Assembly (NCBI GenBank): GCA_965287045.1
Contig: OZ336875.1
Location: forward strand, 73,160,001-73,224,000
Direction of reading: 5' to 3'
Origin: Carcharhinus amblyrhynchos
Lineage: Eukaryota
DNA: 64,000 bases
The notes under the pieces were generated by a model. The model ran no database searches. It had not been told where the DNA came from and saw only the letters and a list, made by a program, of their open reading frames with translations. Each line of letters begins with the position of its first letter. Position 1 is the first letter of the stretch. The position numbers and the translations under genes were made by a program. This document shows, piece after piece, positions 50,604 to 64,000 of the stretch.

Positions 50604-51988
50604 AGAAAGAAATTACTACTTTGTTAAATTACTTGAGGGCAACTTAATTGTTGTTGGCTAACAATTTAGAGTTGCAAGAGATTATGGCAATTGCTTTTGT
50701 GAGAGGAATGAGAGAGAAAATTTGAAGGAAAATAAAAGGAGGTATCAAAAGTCTGAGGAAAGTTTTTTTTCCCTTAATCTCCCAAATACTTTTTGTGGTG
50801 AAAAAATTGGGAGATGTTTATGGACTGGATTACTTAAGATCGCTTTTGTAAAGCATTAAAGGTATGAGAATAATAGATTTGAGTTGTGCGTAAGATATAG
50901 AATTTCACAAATAGTTAGGCAATCTCACTGGGAACCTTTGTGCAGTTAATCAGTAAACTCTTCACCCCATACATGAAGCCAATTTGCAATTTTATGTTGT
51001 TTAGAAGCTTGTTTTTACTTGCTTGATGATCCTTGCCAACCCTAACATTTAGTGCAGCACACTTTCACCCATCAAATTAAACCGATCCTTATATTTATAT
51101 TTTGCTTTGAGAAGGTGGGTGGCATTGACAATTCAGTATCATTGCCCATTTCTAGTTGTCCCAATTCATTAAGAGTCACATCCATACTATAGGAATAGTA
51201 AAGTTCATATCTCTGAAGCACATTTGAGAACCAATTGGGTTTATATTACATTCTGCAAATTTCATGGCTATCTTCCTTTTGTTAGTCCACAATAATCCAG
51301 ATTCGTAATGTCTTCTCCTCACCACGCCTTTAGCTACCTGAGCTCTGGAATTTCCTCCCTAAATCTGGTTGCCTCTCGTCTCCGGTAGGACTCTTCCTCA
51401 AAATAGCTTGTTACCTATCTTTACAGCCCAGGGTTTGCAACCCCAGCAGTGATGAACATTGAGACGTTCATGGATATCGAGGGTCAGAATGGCATTGTAA
51501 TGTCAGGCATGCATGCATTTGTGCCAAAAACAGGAAGTTGTATTATGTATCAGTGAGCCCCTCTTAAACCTCCACTGATCATGTTGACGAACCACTGTCT
51601 AAAAGCAGATGATATCTTTACTGCAACAGTTTGGTTGACATGCTTGCAAGTAACGTTGGATTTAATGCTCTTTGAATCAGAGCTAATATTAGTAGGCATA
51701 AGGTGAGCTGGAGAGTGGATCAGGTTTGTGCTTAAGTCTAAACATTGATTAATCATGTTGTATTTTGTTACAGCAATGGAATACGACCATTGCTGGCAAT
51801 GAACTGATGGTTGTTGTCGAGTGTAGGGCATTTATGAATAGCTAAATTGCATGTAACTTCTCTACAATTTTCACATTGTACCAAATTCAGTAATACAAAA
51901 AATGGTTGTTAAACATCAAAGCTACCATCTCTCATCTCAGTCCTTTTAACTACATTTTAACCTAAAACACTTTTGATCAATGTGATTC

Positions 51989-53117
51989 ATAAGAACATAA
52001 GAAATAGGAGCAGGAGTAGGCCATCTAACCCCTCGAGTCTGCCCCGCCGTTCAGTAAGATCATGACTGATCTGATAGTGGCTAGTTCCACTTACCCGCCT
52101 GCTCCCCATAACCCTTAATTCATTTATTGATCAGAAATCTATCTACCTGTGACTTAAAGACATTTAACGAGGTAGCCTCCACTCAATGGGCAGAGAATTT
52201 CAAAGATTCACCACCTTCTGAGAGAAGTTGTTCCTCCTCAACTCTGTTCTCAATTGACTCCCCCTTATTTTGAGGCTGTGCCCTCTAGTTCTTGTTTCCT
52301 TTCTAAATGGAAATAATCTCTCTGCCTCTACCCTGTTTAGCATCTTCATTATCTTTTATGTCTCTGTAAGATCTCCCCTCTGCCTTCTAAACTCCTATGA
52401 GTACAGGCCCAATCTACTCAATCTCTTCTCATAAGCTAATCCCTTCATCTCTGGTATCAACCTGGTGAATCTTCTCTGCACTCCCTCCAAAGCCTTTTGT
52501 GAATAAAGGGACCAAAATTGCACACAGTGCTCTAGTTGCGGCCTCACCAGTACCTTGTACAATTGCAGCAAGACTTCCCTGCTTTTATACTCCATCCCCC
52601 TCGCGATAAAAGCCAACATTCCATTCGCCTTCTTGATCACCTGCGGCACCTGCAGACTGAGTTTTTGCGATTCATACACAAGGACCCCCAGGTCCTTCTG
52701 CACAGTAGCATGTTGTAATTTTTCACCATTTAAATAATAGTCCATTTTACTATTATTCCTTCCAAAGTGGATAACCTCACATTTGCCAACATTATACTCC
52801 ATCTGCCAGATCCTCACCCATTCACTTAGCCTACCCAAATCTCTCTGCAGACTTTCCGCATCCTCCACACAATTCGCTTTCCTACTCATCTTTGTGTCAT
52901 CAGCAAACTTTGTTACCCTACATTCGGTCCCCTCCTCCAGATCATCTATGTACATGGTAAACAGTTGAGGCCTCAGCACCGATCCCTGTGGCACGCCACT
53001 AGTCACCAACTGCCAACCGGAAAAGCACCCATTTATTCCAACTCTCTGCTTCCTGTTAGATAGCCAATCCTCAATCCACGCTAACACTTTATCCCCAACT
53101 CCATGGACCACCCCCAT
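51989..53117 (-). mobile_element. 5'-truncated CR1 related to the 490-1795 and 46241-48863 family
   Basis: 240-aa ORF with SGVPQGSVL and KFADDTK; tail cataagaacataagaaataggagcaggagtagg on the + strand. Confidence 0.95.
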
Positions 53118-54185
53118 CTTTGTGTACCATTACAAACAGTCTTCCTAATGAATGACCTCAAGGGCTATGTCTTCAGTTTGTGACTAAATTAGGGGGTTGG
53201 CTTCATACATCATGCTACAACATTGACACTCTTGTCAATGGACCACGCTGTACAAGAAATTGAAATTTTCAGTCAGCAAGACATCCACGTATAATTTCAC
53301 ATTGCTCAACATGGTCAGTGGTGAATGTTGGCACTTCTCAGCTGACAGCAAAATCTAGCCATTATCATCTTTTGTGGCTTATTGTTAAACTCTGTTTATT
53401 AGCATTCCTGTGTAGTGCTTTTGCTCATAATGTTATGTTAAAGGCACTATATGAATGTACTTTTTTATTGCCTTCATTGCTTGTTCAATTTCATGATGAC
53501 CACGTTACCAGAAGCCCTACGAAGTGGGTTCATTCAACACAGATCAATTGCCTAATTATCGAAAAGTTTCTCTTTGTCTTTGTAAACGTTTTGTGTCATA
53601 TGTAGTAATTGCATTATAATGAGGAAGGCAATAAAGACTCTGAAACTTGGCAATTTGTAGTAACTGACCGAGACAATCCCGTGAGGTGACTAAGTTGAGA
53701 TCAGTGGCATTGGATGTGGTAAAGCCTAAATAGAGGGGAGAGCTTCTAATGTACCATTGAATGCTAGTATGAGTCAGTGCAACCTTGCAATGCTTTGAGG
53801 ATGTTTGGATTTTTCTTTTGATCTGTTTGTCTTCATTTTTGCAATTGCTACCCTCTAAAGAATTTCTTTGAAGCCAGGAAAGATTTTGGCTCGACTGCCA
53901 GAATAAAACTTTACACAATTTAAAAATATTCAACTACTTCAATTTGGGTTTGGGGCTTAAGAACTGCTGTGTTTAGATGTTTTGCATTATTTAATGCTGT
54001 TATTTTCATTCACCTCTCTATGAAATGAGGGAATGAATGTTTGCATTGAGCTATCCAAGATTATTACAAATTTCGGTGTTAGAACAAGATAGTTCCAAAA
54101 TCCACAAAATGTGTTTTGCATGTTGGTATGTTTTATATTGCACTGAAATTCAGCAGAGCTATGTTTGTTTTTTGTTCTCTTGCAG

Positions 54186-56534
54186 ACAAACGCTTTTCTG
54201 AGGAAGCATTATTCTCAGGCGTGATACTTGAGCAAAGTCTGGGACTAAATGAGACAATGGACACTCCCTTAATGAACAGCACCTCTGTGGAATCTGTTTT
54301 GCAGTCAAGTTTGAACCCAAAAGAAGGAATCCATTTAAACTCCAAAGAAGCTATAACACAAATAAAAGACCTCAGTTGGCCAAGGAAGGTTGTGCTGTCT
54401 GAGTACACTGAATCTTCAACCATTCGTAACCTAGAAGTTACCCCGTTATCAGAATTAGCTACAGTGGTGACTGAAGAGTACCAAACAACTATATCACTGC
54501 ATTCGATTGCACCAACATCAGTGATTCCAATCGGTTTTCTGAGAAGCAGTGCCATCAGGCAATCGTCAGAACCCCCCATCTCATCAGCATTTCTTTCAGG
54601 TTCCATTTTGATTTATCCATTATCCTTTTTAACAGTGTCAAACATACCTATTCTGGCATCAAGCAAACAACCTTCTGAATCTCCAAGTCCACTTTTTTCT
54701 TCAATTGTAGTCAGTAATCACTATACAAGGCAACCTATCTTAAGTACAGTAATGACAGATCTGGACATCATGGAGTACAGTGAAGCAGTGCTGCTGAGTT
54801 ACATTGACAGTACATCATCTAGAACAGAGATGATCGTTTCTCATCATGTGGAAGATCTGACTGAGGAAAGTGAGATTTCTCCAACTTCAATCTTAAGTAG
54901 CAAAGAAGAGTTTGATATCACTGGAGAATCTACTGTTGATCATGTTGACACTTCAATTTATAATGCTTTAATACCAGAACTGGTATCTGAAATAAGTTTA
55001 AGTTCTGACTTACCTCAACTGCTGACATTTGCTGACACAACTTTATCTGACAGTAATTCATTAACTGATGAAGTGGTCCTGACTGAGTTTTATATGCCAG
55101 TGCTTCCCACACGTTTATTTACATCCCTCTCTACTCATCGAACTTTATTTTCTCCATCCAGCATATTCCCCCCTCAATCATTTGGTAGTGATTTTGGATC
55201 TGGTGATGATCCAGAAATTACAACACTCAGTGTGCCAAACACTACTGTGTTTGTTCGGGCATCCAATTTGGCCTTTGATTCATTTGATTCAGAACTGCTA
55301 GAACCTGAAGTCTATGACACTCACTTTGCAACGAGGCCAGTTCCAACAATTTCTTCAAAATTAGCAGCTTTGTCTGTATCATCAGTGACTCTCTCATCAT
55401 ACTACACTATCAGTCCTGCAATTACCTATTCTTCAAATCAGCCTTTGTATTCATCTTTTGAGGATAATTTAGTTATCAGCACAGTTAACCTTTCACTGTT
55501 GATCGATGAAACTCCAACATTGGCACTTGCAGTGAGTGATTTCTTGCCATTCGTCATAACTAGTGAGCATCTGAAAACAACTTTACCTCTGAATGAAAAT
55601 GCAAGTTATCCTTTGCCAGTGACTACATCCTTACCAGGCCTCTTAGCAAGTGAATCCCATGAACTGACCAGCAAATTAGAAACACCTCTGGATCTGGTTT
55701 CCTCATTGATAAGTGTCTTGTCAACAGAAACAAGCAGTTATCCAGTGACAGAATACTTAAGTTTATTTGAATCACAGCTAAAAACATTTGATGTGTTTGA
55801 GACAATGGCACTTGAGAACTTGTCGAGTATTTTAACTCTGGAATCATCATTTCTAAAACCAGAGCCCACAACATTGAACATATTGGCAGTATCTGCTAAT
55901 CAGACAAATCTTGCAGTAATTCTTGAAACTTCATTCATCAATGCCTATTCTAATAGTATTTTAGAAACAGTGCCTTTTTTTGAGTCAGTGTCACCTTCGG
56001 TTGAAGTCATACAACCAATATTAATGCCATCCATTTTTGAATCAAGTCTCACAGACAACAGCAATCTAATCAATTCAGATTTTATATCTTTCACAGTTGC
56101 TGCCACCACAGATCCTGTGGTTACTCCAAGCTCCACTGTTGATCTGCCATATTCTTCCTCTTCAACCCCACATATTTTTCCATCATCTACAGAGGCACTT
56201 TGGGTTGCTACTTCACTGCTGCTGACGCCATCTCTTCCACCAGTTCAAACCTTTTCAGATGGTATCACTATGACACTATTGATTGAACCTACCACCAAAA
56301 TCTCAATTGAGAACTCTCTGGATCCAACTCCTGTGACAATATTGAGTGTATCAACCACCAAACTTGAAATTGGCAATCTTACACCCAATCCTAACAGTAG
56401 TGGTACCACCATGCCTGTCAGCAATGCAGCTTCAAAACCCACTTCCCCCACGACTGCTGGAACAGTGGTTTCTGCAACAACTCAGAATTTTGTGTGTGAT
56501 GTTAATGAACCTGATTCTTACCTCATAACGGCAG
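54186..56534 (+). CDS. KIAA1549: KIAA1549 (UPF0606) large Ser/Thr/Pro-rich extracellular exon (probable exon 2), phase 1 to phase 1
   Basis: 816-codon open frame (54116-56566). Polypyrimidine tract and ttgcag| acceptor end at 54185; donor GCAG|gtaggt starts at 56535. The exon ends FVCDVNEPDSYLITA, matching recalled human KIAA1549 YVCDITVPDAYLITT. Internal DFGSGDD..EPEVYDTHFATRPV resembles human DVGSGDG..DPQVFNTLFPSRPI. Confidence 0.9.
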
Positions 56535-56873
56535 GTAGGTGTTTCAGCTCAGTATTTCAAGTTTGAATGCACTGTTCAATTTTAACTTAAGAGGCCTTGC
56601 CCACCTTGATTTAAGTTGCTTGCTTTAGACAGTTTAAAGCAATATCAAGGTACATTGGTTGTCAGTACAAAACTCAGTTCAGTACTGAGTGGAACACTGC
56701 CACTCAGATTTATGTCACATGATCAAGGGATGGATAATTTATGAATTACTGTGATAATAGATTTGCATCAAACTGTTAAAGCACAATAGTCATCAATCAG
56801 CAAATGTGTGATGGGTAAAAATAACTTAGAAAATTCAAGCTCTTTTGGGTTATTGACAAACAGTAATCTGGTA

Positions 56874-56970
56874 AACAAAAACAGAAAATGCTGGAGAAGC
56901 TCAGCAGGTCTAACAATATCTTTGGAGAGAGAATAGAATCAATGTTTTGAGTTTGGATGACGCTTTGTCA
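56874..56970 (-). mobile_element. Penelope pLTR fragment
   Basis: aaaaacagaaaatgctggagaagctcagcaggtct..ggagagagaa. Confidence 0.6.
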
Positions 56971-58920
56971 TTTTGCAGCCAGAAAGAAACTAAATACACA
57001 CAGTTTGATCTCTGAACGCTCATGCAATGCAAAAATAAGTTAGGAAAACACAATCTTTTATGCAATTTTTATTAAGGATCAGAGGGCTTGTGAAATATGT
57101 ATTGGGCCTGGTAGATTGGCGTTTTCCACCACATTCCAAACAACTATTCCTGAAGTTGGACTTGAGCTTTAGGAGAATTAGGCCATCTCTTGTCTTGGTA
57201 AATTGCTAATATTCATGATTGGTAGCTTTCCTGTTGACGCAGCAGCTTTTACAATGGGCAATGTCACAAATATCTTTTAAAAAAAAGTTGGGACATATAT
57301 TCTTCTCTGTGGCACTCACTGTATTGAACAGATAGAGTATTCCATCTGTTTTAATTGGTATACATACTGGAAAGGAAGGGATGAGAGTGATCCATTTTAG
57401 GATTGGGCATGTGCCTGAATTTACTGCAAAAGTGTTTGCATTCCAAATGAGCCAACGTGTGCCTTTACCTGCTCAGGATCTTGGAAAATCTAGCCAGAGG
57501 TTAGACGTGAGACCTCATCAATGGAATCTTGAATGTTAGAATATATCACATCATATGTGATCTCTCGAGTTGGTGAAGTGGGAGAAATTACTTTTTGGTA
57601 AGCTATATGAAATGTTCAGCAAATTAACAAACATGGTGACATACTGCCGAGCACCCCTTTCCCAGTCTGGTACCTCTGCTGATGTCAAAGTGGCTTGATT
57701 GAAGTTGGTTGATATAATACTACAGGCGCTCACCAGGGCAGGAAAAAGAGGACAGCAGTACTAACCGGGCCCGCCCCTGCCTTGTGTGGGCCTGCCCCTG
57801 CCTCTTTCCGCAAATTGGGGAGGAGAGGAATATAGGCCATTATGAATACTGACACCTGTCTGTTTTCTCTCCTTATAAAAGAAAGCACACAACCTGGTGA
57901 GAGGCAGAGATTTTGACTATTGTGGTAGGGTAGAACGTGGGGGCTTCCTGCAGTCACAAGCATCTTATCAGCCACTGATGATGCATACCCAACAGCCTTG
58001 CTAGGAAAGAAATCTTGTTCTGGGAGGTGGCAGATGTCAGCTATGAGGTGTCAGATATGTTGGGAAAGTTGCTTCTCTGCTTGTAGACCAGGTGTAAGGG
58101 TGTCACCTCCTTTATAGGTGGGAATCTGTCTTCATTTCCTCTGCATTATGGAACGGCATGCAGTTGAGGAGAAACTGATGATGTTTGTTCTTTGTCAGAG
58201 GTTTGAGGTGGAGCTGTATAAGTTGTTCCAGTGTTGTAATGAAGGCTGGCAGAAGGGCTGTGCCGCTGGTGAGGTAAAATGACTTTCAGGAAGTTAGCAA
58301 TCACCCCTCATAGGTGCATCCTTCTGTAGCTTCTGACTTGACCATGGCTGGATCTCTTCAGTTTCACTAATTTAAAGTCATTCTTCTTTCAGTTTCACTG
58401 AAGAGCTCTGCCCTCTGTGTGCTTAACTCAGTGACTGTGGGGAATTGTTTACCAGTTGGTTGGAAGCAGGTGCCCTGGTTGTTAAATCAAGAATTGAAAT
58501 TGAGAGATAGAACCATGCGTTGTGATCTTTTTGAATACTTCATTTGCTTATTTGACAGCTGCATGGGCACTTTGCTGCTTGCCTTCACTCCCATCCAGGT
58601 GAAACTCAGAACAGGGTGGGATGATGTCAGGATCCTACCCAATGTCAGTTTGTTCCCTATATGCATCCAAACCTACCTTTTCTTTGGATAATTCCACCCC
58701 CAAGGGTGGGATTTTCTGGCTGTTTCTGCTGGCAGGATCTCCTGGTCCCACCAACGATGACCTCTTGTCACGGTTCCCCAGCAGCAGAGAGTATGAACAA
58801 TGCATTTACAGCAGCAAAACTGGAAGATCCTGCCACTGGTCAATATTGGGTTGTCCCCAACTCTGCACAAAGCCACAGAGAGTGTGAAGAAATCTCGTCC
58901 ACAGTATCTAATCATTACTC

Positions 58921-58999
58921 TGTGTGTGTGTCCGTGTGTGTGTGTGTGTGTGTGTCCGTGTGTGTGTGTGTGTGTGTGTGTGTCCGTGTGTGTGTGTCC
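58921..58999. repeat. Interrupted (TG)n microsatellite with periodic tcc
   Basis: Directly visible: TG runs interrupted by tcc four times. Confidence 0.97.
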
Positions 59000-59459
59000 A
59001 GCAAAGAAGAATCGGTAATTTGATAAAGGAGGAAATTCCCTGTTCTTGTGGCAACCAAACAAGTTTTCAACCCTGCTTTGAAAAGTTCACTGAGGTATTA
59101 AATGTCCACTGGAAATAACTGGAACAAGTAGATAGCATTTCAGTTTAAACCAAATACTAGCACTTCCAGCAATGCAGTTCCTTTAATGTTGCACTTCAGT
59201 ATCAGTCTAGACTTTAAGTGAAGTGGAACAAGTAACAAAAACCTTCTGATTCAAGTAAGTAGACCAAGTTGAAACTGGAGTGCTGTCAAGTGGAGGTGCT
59301 GTAGATTATTAATTCGGAACACTATTTCAGCAAAACTATTTGCTATGACTAGGAAGGGCAACTCAGCTGCATCATTTAAGAAGCTTCTGGATGCTTTGGT
59401 AGATAGATGTGGGTTTTTTCTGGATGATCTTATTGATTAATATGTAACTTGTAATATGA

Positions 59460-59594
59460 TGGACAAGGGAATTAAGGGTTATGGGGAGAGAGCGGGAAAG
59501 TGGAACTGATCCACTTCAGATCAGCCATGATCTTATTGAATGGCGGGGCAGGCTCGAGGGGCTAGATGGCCTACTGCTGCTCCTATTTCTTATG
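59460..59594 (+). mobile_element. Extremely 5'-truncated CR1 (3' end only)
   Basis: DKGIKGYGERAGKWN* followed by a 3' UTR nearly identical to the reverse complement of 490-620. Confidence 0.92.
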
Positions 59595-59691
59595 TGTGAA
59601 AGTTATTTCCTCCAGGCAAGGGCCCTGAAGTTCTAAGTTCTGGAAGTTAATTTTAATAATGATCATATGAGTTGGGAAAGACGTATTGAAT

Positions 59692-59896
59692 TATAGAATC
59701 CCTACAGTGCGGAAGAGACAATTCGGCCATCTAGTCTGCACCAACCCTCTGATATTGTATCTTACCCAGGCCCTCTCCCCTGCCCTATCTCTGTAACCAC
59801 ACATTCACCATGGCTAATCCGTCTCATTTAGGCACCTTGGGATACTAAGGAACAATTTATCTTGGCAAATCTGCCTAACTTGCATATCTTTGGACG
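59692..59896 (-). mobile_element. HE1-type SINE 3' half
   Basis: atagaatccctacagtgc..ggccat..catctttggac. Confidence 0.8.
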
Positions 59897-60432
59897 CAGC
59901 CACAGTATGATGGTGTGGGCAGATTTCAAAGGCAAAAAGAGGAGGAAATGAGACACAATGCTCAAAAAAAGCTGAATCAGGTTACAACTTTAACATTGCT
60001 AAATCATTGTCAGAAATGTTTAACTGAAGCACTGGAAACATATTGGAGAGAAACAGCTAGCTTTAAACTATGTATCAAAATCCTGTTTTCAGTTCATGTT
60101 GTTCATTTCAAATAAATTAATGATCTAGTTTTATTTGGGTGCTGTGGAAATACTACAGGTGCCAAATATTCAGTAACAGAACATTCTTAACCTGCTGTAT
60201 CTACTAATTCATACGTTTGTTTATATCTGTCCCTACCCTAATTTCACACTAGCCTCCATTTTGTGGAATTATTGTTATTGTTTGTCTTGAGAATTAGTTT
60301 TCTACCTTTTGCTTTCGGGTTGTTGTCTTAAGAAAAGATTACTAGACCGTTACTTGGTATGTAACATCACAAATGGGGGTACAGAATGTTCATAAGTGAA
60401 AGGATACTTAATGCAAATCTTTTCTTCTGCAG

Positions 60433-60524
60433 TGCTCTCTAACAAGGTGACAACACTACAGGATGTGGTCCAATCAATTAAGGATGTACTGAGTCAACGT
60501 TTCAAGCAGCATGTGGAACTTCAG
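60433..60524 (+). CDS. KIAA1549: KIAA1549 internal exon (92 nt; (V)LSNKVTTLQDVVQSIKDVLSQRFKQHVELQ)
   Basis: ttttcttctgcag| acceptor and CAG|gtagcc donor. Phase 1 in, phase 0 out, compatible with both neighbouring exons. Similar to recalled human VLARRAVQEYIITAIKEVLRIHFNRAVELK. Confidence 0.88.
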
Positions 60525-60699
60525 GTAGCCACAGCATGTCTAGAGCCTAGGAATTGGATGGGGCAATTTGAGTTTGGAGTTCGGATCCATTGTTTGAATG
60601 ACATTGTACACTATTATGTGAAGTTTAATAACATTCTCTGCCACATAACATAAGAGAGCTGATATCATGATTCAGTTTGATTTTCAGGAATTAATTTTA

Positions 60700-62310
60700 A
60701 TTTCAGGAAGTTAAAAGTAGGATCTTGAAAGTAGTAATCTCTGGATTACTCTGTGCTAGTTAGAGTAGAAATAGAAAGATTGGGAGGATTGGTGTGTGGC
60801 TAGAGGCATGGTGCAGGAAGGCTTTAGTTTCTTGGGGCAGGAGGTATCAAACGTAAAGAGATATCTTGCATTTCAATAGGACTGGGATCAGTGTTCTCAC
60901 AGGGAAGGTTCATTACTGAGGATGGTGAGGATTTCAGCTAAATTGGCAAAAGGATGTGCATCAGCACATTGAGGCAGAAAGGGAAATAAGACGCATAAAA
61001 TGAGACTGCTAGACAGTACAATAGAGGGTTCAAGACTAAGAAGGACAGTGAGGAATACAAAGGTTTACAATGCATGTATATAAATGCACAAAATCTAGTG
61101 ATGAGCTGCAAACACAGATATGTGGGAATGTGATGTGGCAGCAATAAGAAACTTGGCTTAAACGTGATCAGGATGGGGAGCTTAATATTTAAGGCTAAGT
61201 GTTCAGAAAAGATAGGGAAGGTGAAAAGGGAGGTTGGATGGCCGCTACTATTAGGAAAGACATTGTAGTCTTGGAAAGGGAGGATGTCCTTGAAGGGGCA
61301 AATTTTAGAGTCTGCTTGTTGGAGTTGAGGACAAAAGTGTGTGATCCCTCTACTGTGGAATTCTATAGACCTCCAAGTAATACATGAGGAGTAGAGGATA
61401 AAATTTGCATGGATTCAGAGATGTTCAAAAACTTTAGAGTGGTGACATTGGGAGATTTCATTTGCAAATATCAATCAGAATATGAACAACGAGTGAGAGT
61501 AGGCCATTTATCTCCTTGATTCTATGCCACCATTTAATAAGATCATAGCTGATCTGATGGTAACCTCAAATCTGCATCCCACCTACCCCAGATTACCTAT
61601 TACCCCCTTATCAAGAATCTATCCACCACCGCGTTAAAAATATTCAGCCTGTTTCCACTCCCTTTTCAGGAACATTCCAAAGACTCATGACCCTCTAAGA
61701 GAAAACATTTCACCTCATCTGTTTTAAATGGATGACCTGACCCCTATTTTTAAACAGTGACCCCTAGTTCTAGATTCTCCGATAGGAGGAAACATTCTCT
61801 CCTTATCCACCTTGTCAAGACCCTCAGGATCTTGTATGTTTTAATAAGTATTTCTCATCTAAACTCCATCGGATAGTAGCCTAGCTTGTCCAAGCTTTGT
61901 TCGAAAAAGAATCAGCCCATTCCGGATATTAGTCGGGTAAACTTTCTTTGAACTGCTTCCAATGCATTTAAATTCTGCCTTAAATAAGGTACATTAAATA
62001 AATACCCTGCACAGTACTCCAAATATGGTCTCATTAATGCTTTGTATAACTGAAGCATAACCTCCCCACATATGGATTCAATTCTCCTTGCAATAAATGA
62101 TAACAGCTTTTCGAATTACTTGCTGTATCTGCATTCTAGCCTTTTACGATTTTTGCACTGATAGTGCCCAGAGTAAAGGACAAAGAGGGAGAGTAATTTC
62201 TGAAATGTACTGGGAGAACTTCCTTGACCAGTATGTCTGTGGTCCGAGAGGAAAAGAGGCACTGTTGGATCTGCTGCTGGGAAATGAAGTGACCCAAGTG
62301 GAAAAGTTGT
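60700..62310 (+). mobile_element. Degraded CR1 (ORF1 end and ORF2 endonuclease) with a nested minus-strand CR1 3' piece (about 61480-62160)
   Basis: FRKDREGEKGG..FYRPP, resuming after the insert as ENFLDQYV.GP.G..ALLDLLLGNE. Confidence 0.75.
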
Positions 62311-63277
62311 TAACATTTTGAATGATTAAAGTAAAGTCATTAATTTAAATGCTGCTACAGATCAAGAGAAACTTCAGAGTATCTTTGAAGTATTTTCATT
62401 GTCCTCCCTTGGCACACTGGCTACTTAAGAATTAAGAAAGAACCTGATGGGCTAGATGCTGGCCTGAAAAGCTTCTTGCATCTGCTGAGTAATGCAAGAT
62501 AGGTAATGATGCTTCTAAATCATTTAACTTCATTGCAAAGTTTGAATAAGCAATATCTGATCACATATTGGGAAAGAGCTGCAGTTTAAACTAACTACAG
62601 CAGCAAATGAATGCACAAGTACAGCTGTTTTCCCACAAGCCTTTGAAATAACTAAATTATGAATGGTTACTAAGGCAACCACTTTACTACACTGCTGCCA
62701 TCTGCTGGCTGTTTTATTAATGTATTTGACAAAATGCAATGAATGTAGCAATCATGCAATGTTTGTTCGAATTTTCAGTCTTCTGCTGGACCTTTCTATT
62801 CCTAATTATTGTACCAATGTTAAATTAGGAAAGCAATTACATTTTTAGTTTCTGCAGATGGATTCCAAGCTGATGACTTTATCTTCTCAATACTTGCATA
62901 GTGCTTGGAATTCTGAGATGTTTGAATGGCATGAAGAAAATACTTTTAAAGCTCATTCCAGTTTCAAAGTCAGTGCTAATGTACTTGTCTTAGCATATCC
63001 CATGATAGTTTTCTTTCCAGAAATACATCCAATTATCTCTCAAATTTATGAAGATTGTCCGTCTGAAAGTTTGTCTCTGTTTCTATGTGCCACTTTATAT
63101 TTACTCAGTGGTTAAACTTGTGCTGTGCAATAGCATTCCATTAAAGTATGCTTTTCATGTTCAAAATCTATCATAGAAATGAAACTTTCAAAGATAAGCA
63201 TTGTTAATTGTGTTACTGTTGTGCTGTATTCCTTATCATTTTTGCTCTGCTGATTTTCTTTCCTTTCCCAATTCCAG

Positions 63278-63455
63278 GTTCACCTAGCACATCAAGAGCT
63301 CAAGTTCATGGTGACTGCAGGCCCCGTTGTTTTCTCTGGACCAGCTGTGCTTAATTCTCTCATTCGAACCACGCTTGTTAATGGCAACTCCCCACTGATC
63401 CTTTCTCTTCAGCCAGCTTTGGCTGTGCCAGACCACCAGGCTCAGGTTCAAATAG
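63278..63455 (+). CDS. KIAA1549: KIAA1549 internal exon (178 nt; VHLAHQELKFMVTAGPVVFSGPAVLNSLIRTTLVNGNSPLILSLQPALAVPDHQAQVQI)
   Basis: Long polypyrimidine tract with ttccag| acceptor and ATAG|gtaagg donor. Similar to recalled human FLVTSGPFVYTAISVINVLINSKLVRDQTPLILSVKPSFLVPESRFQVQT. Confidence 0.9.
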
Positions 63456-63827
63456 GTAAGGATCTACAATGTGTTACAACGTTCTTTGGCACTGTTGCTG
63501 CTCAAATTATGTCACTAGTTCAAGATTTTTGGTATCTATATTAAGTTCAATAATCCCATCTCCTTAACCTGTCACAATGTTTTATTATGTTTTAAAAAGA
63601 AGAGGGATTATGGAGCTTTACTAATGTACTGAACCGTATAGTATGGTGTTGAACCACATAAACTAGAAGGTTCAAATCTTTATACTAAGTTTGCACAATT
63701 ATTGGTCTCAGCACTTGTGAACCAGGAAAGAAAAGAAATTAGGATCTCACTCCTGATTGCTTTCTAAAAGATTGATAAGATTACATCTCATCAGAGGACA
63801 ACCCTTTTATTTCAGTAACCAAATTAG

Positions 63828-63895
63828 TCAGCCTTGGCTCAGTGGTAGAATTCTTGCACCTGAATTAGAAAGTTTTAGGTTCACGCCCACTTATC
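63828..63895 (+). mobile_element. tRNA-like SINE head fragment (SacSINE1-like)
   Basis: tcagccttggctcagtggtagaa..ggttcacgcccact, with A- and B-box remnants. Confidence 0.5.
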
Positions 63896-64000
63896 TTTAA
63901 TGTAATAAGTCATACCAAGGATCTTTTCAGGAGAATAAATGCCAAAGCTGACATTCATATGAATAGATATTAAGAAAGCTGATCCAAACTTGGCCAAATT

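Noticed and set aside
53318-53605. ORF with a signal-peptide-like stretch (LLWLIVKLCLLAFLCSAFA) just upstream of the large exon, as candidate KIAA1549 exon 1
   Set aside because: It has a GTG start and no convincing phase-1 donor, and the hydrophobic segment overlaps a degraded L2/SINE-type tail (..gttaaaggcactatatgaatgtac).
54116-56566. 816-aa ORF as a standalone single-exon gene
   Set aside because: It starts at TTG inside the polypyrimidine region. Canonical splice sites at 54185/54186 and 56534/56535 and phase-compatible downstream exons show it is an internal exon.
58661-59118. ORFs with VCVC or THTH repeats
   Set aside because: These are translation artefacts of the (TG)n microsatellite.

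Overview
Vertebrate genomic DNA, almost certainly from a shark or other elasmobranch, judged from the HE1-type V-SINEs, SacSINE1-like DeuSINEs, dense CR1 LINEs and hammerhead-bearing Penelope elements. The only host gene recognised is KIAA1549 (UPF0606 family) on the + strand. Three coding exons are present: a 2.35-kb Ser/Thr-rich exon (54186-56534) and two small exons (60433-60524, 63278-63455). The signal-peptide exon was not found, so positions 1-54185 are probably intron 1. The rest is heavily nested transposable elements, including one very young CR1 with a 776-codon open RT frame. Main observations: (1) a CR1 lineage, seen as two divergent copies, whose 3' UTR carries a conserved splice acceptor, a covarying three-way-junction RNA structure and a captured V-SINE with a decayed promoter; (2) a structured, A-tailed element headed by U2 snRNA nt 1-40 (SINEU-like); (3) recurrent paired 5' splice sites at CR1 5' ends; (4) two locally templated insertions into SINEs; (5) inverted-repeat Penelope elements with minimal hammerhead ribozymes. 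All family assignments come from recalled consensus sequences, not database searches, and coordinates of degraded repeats are approximate.
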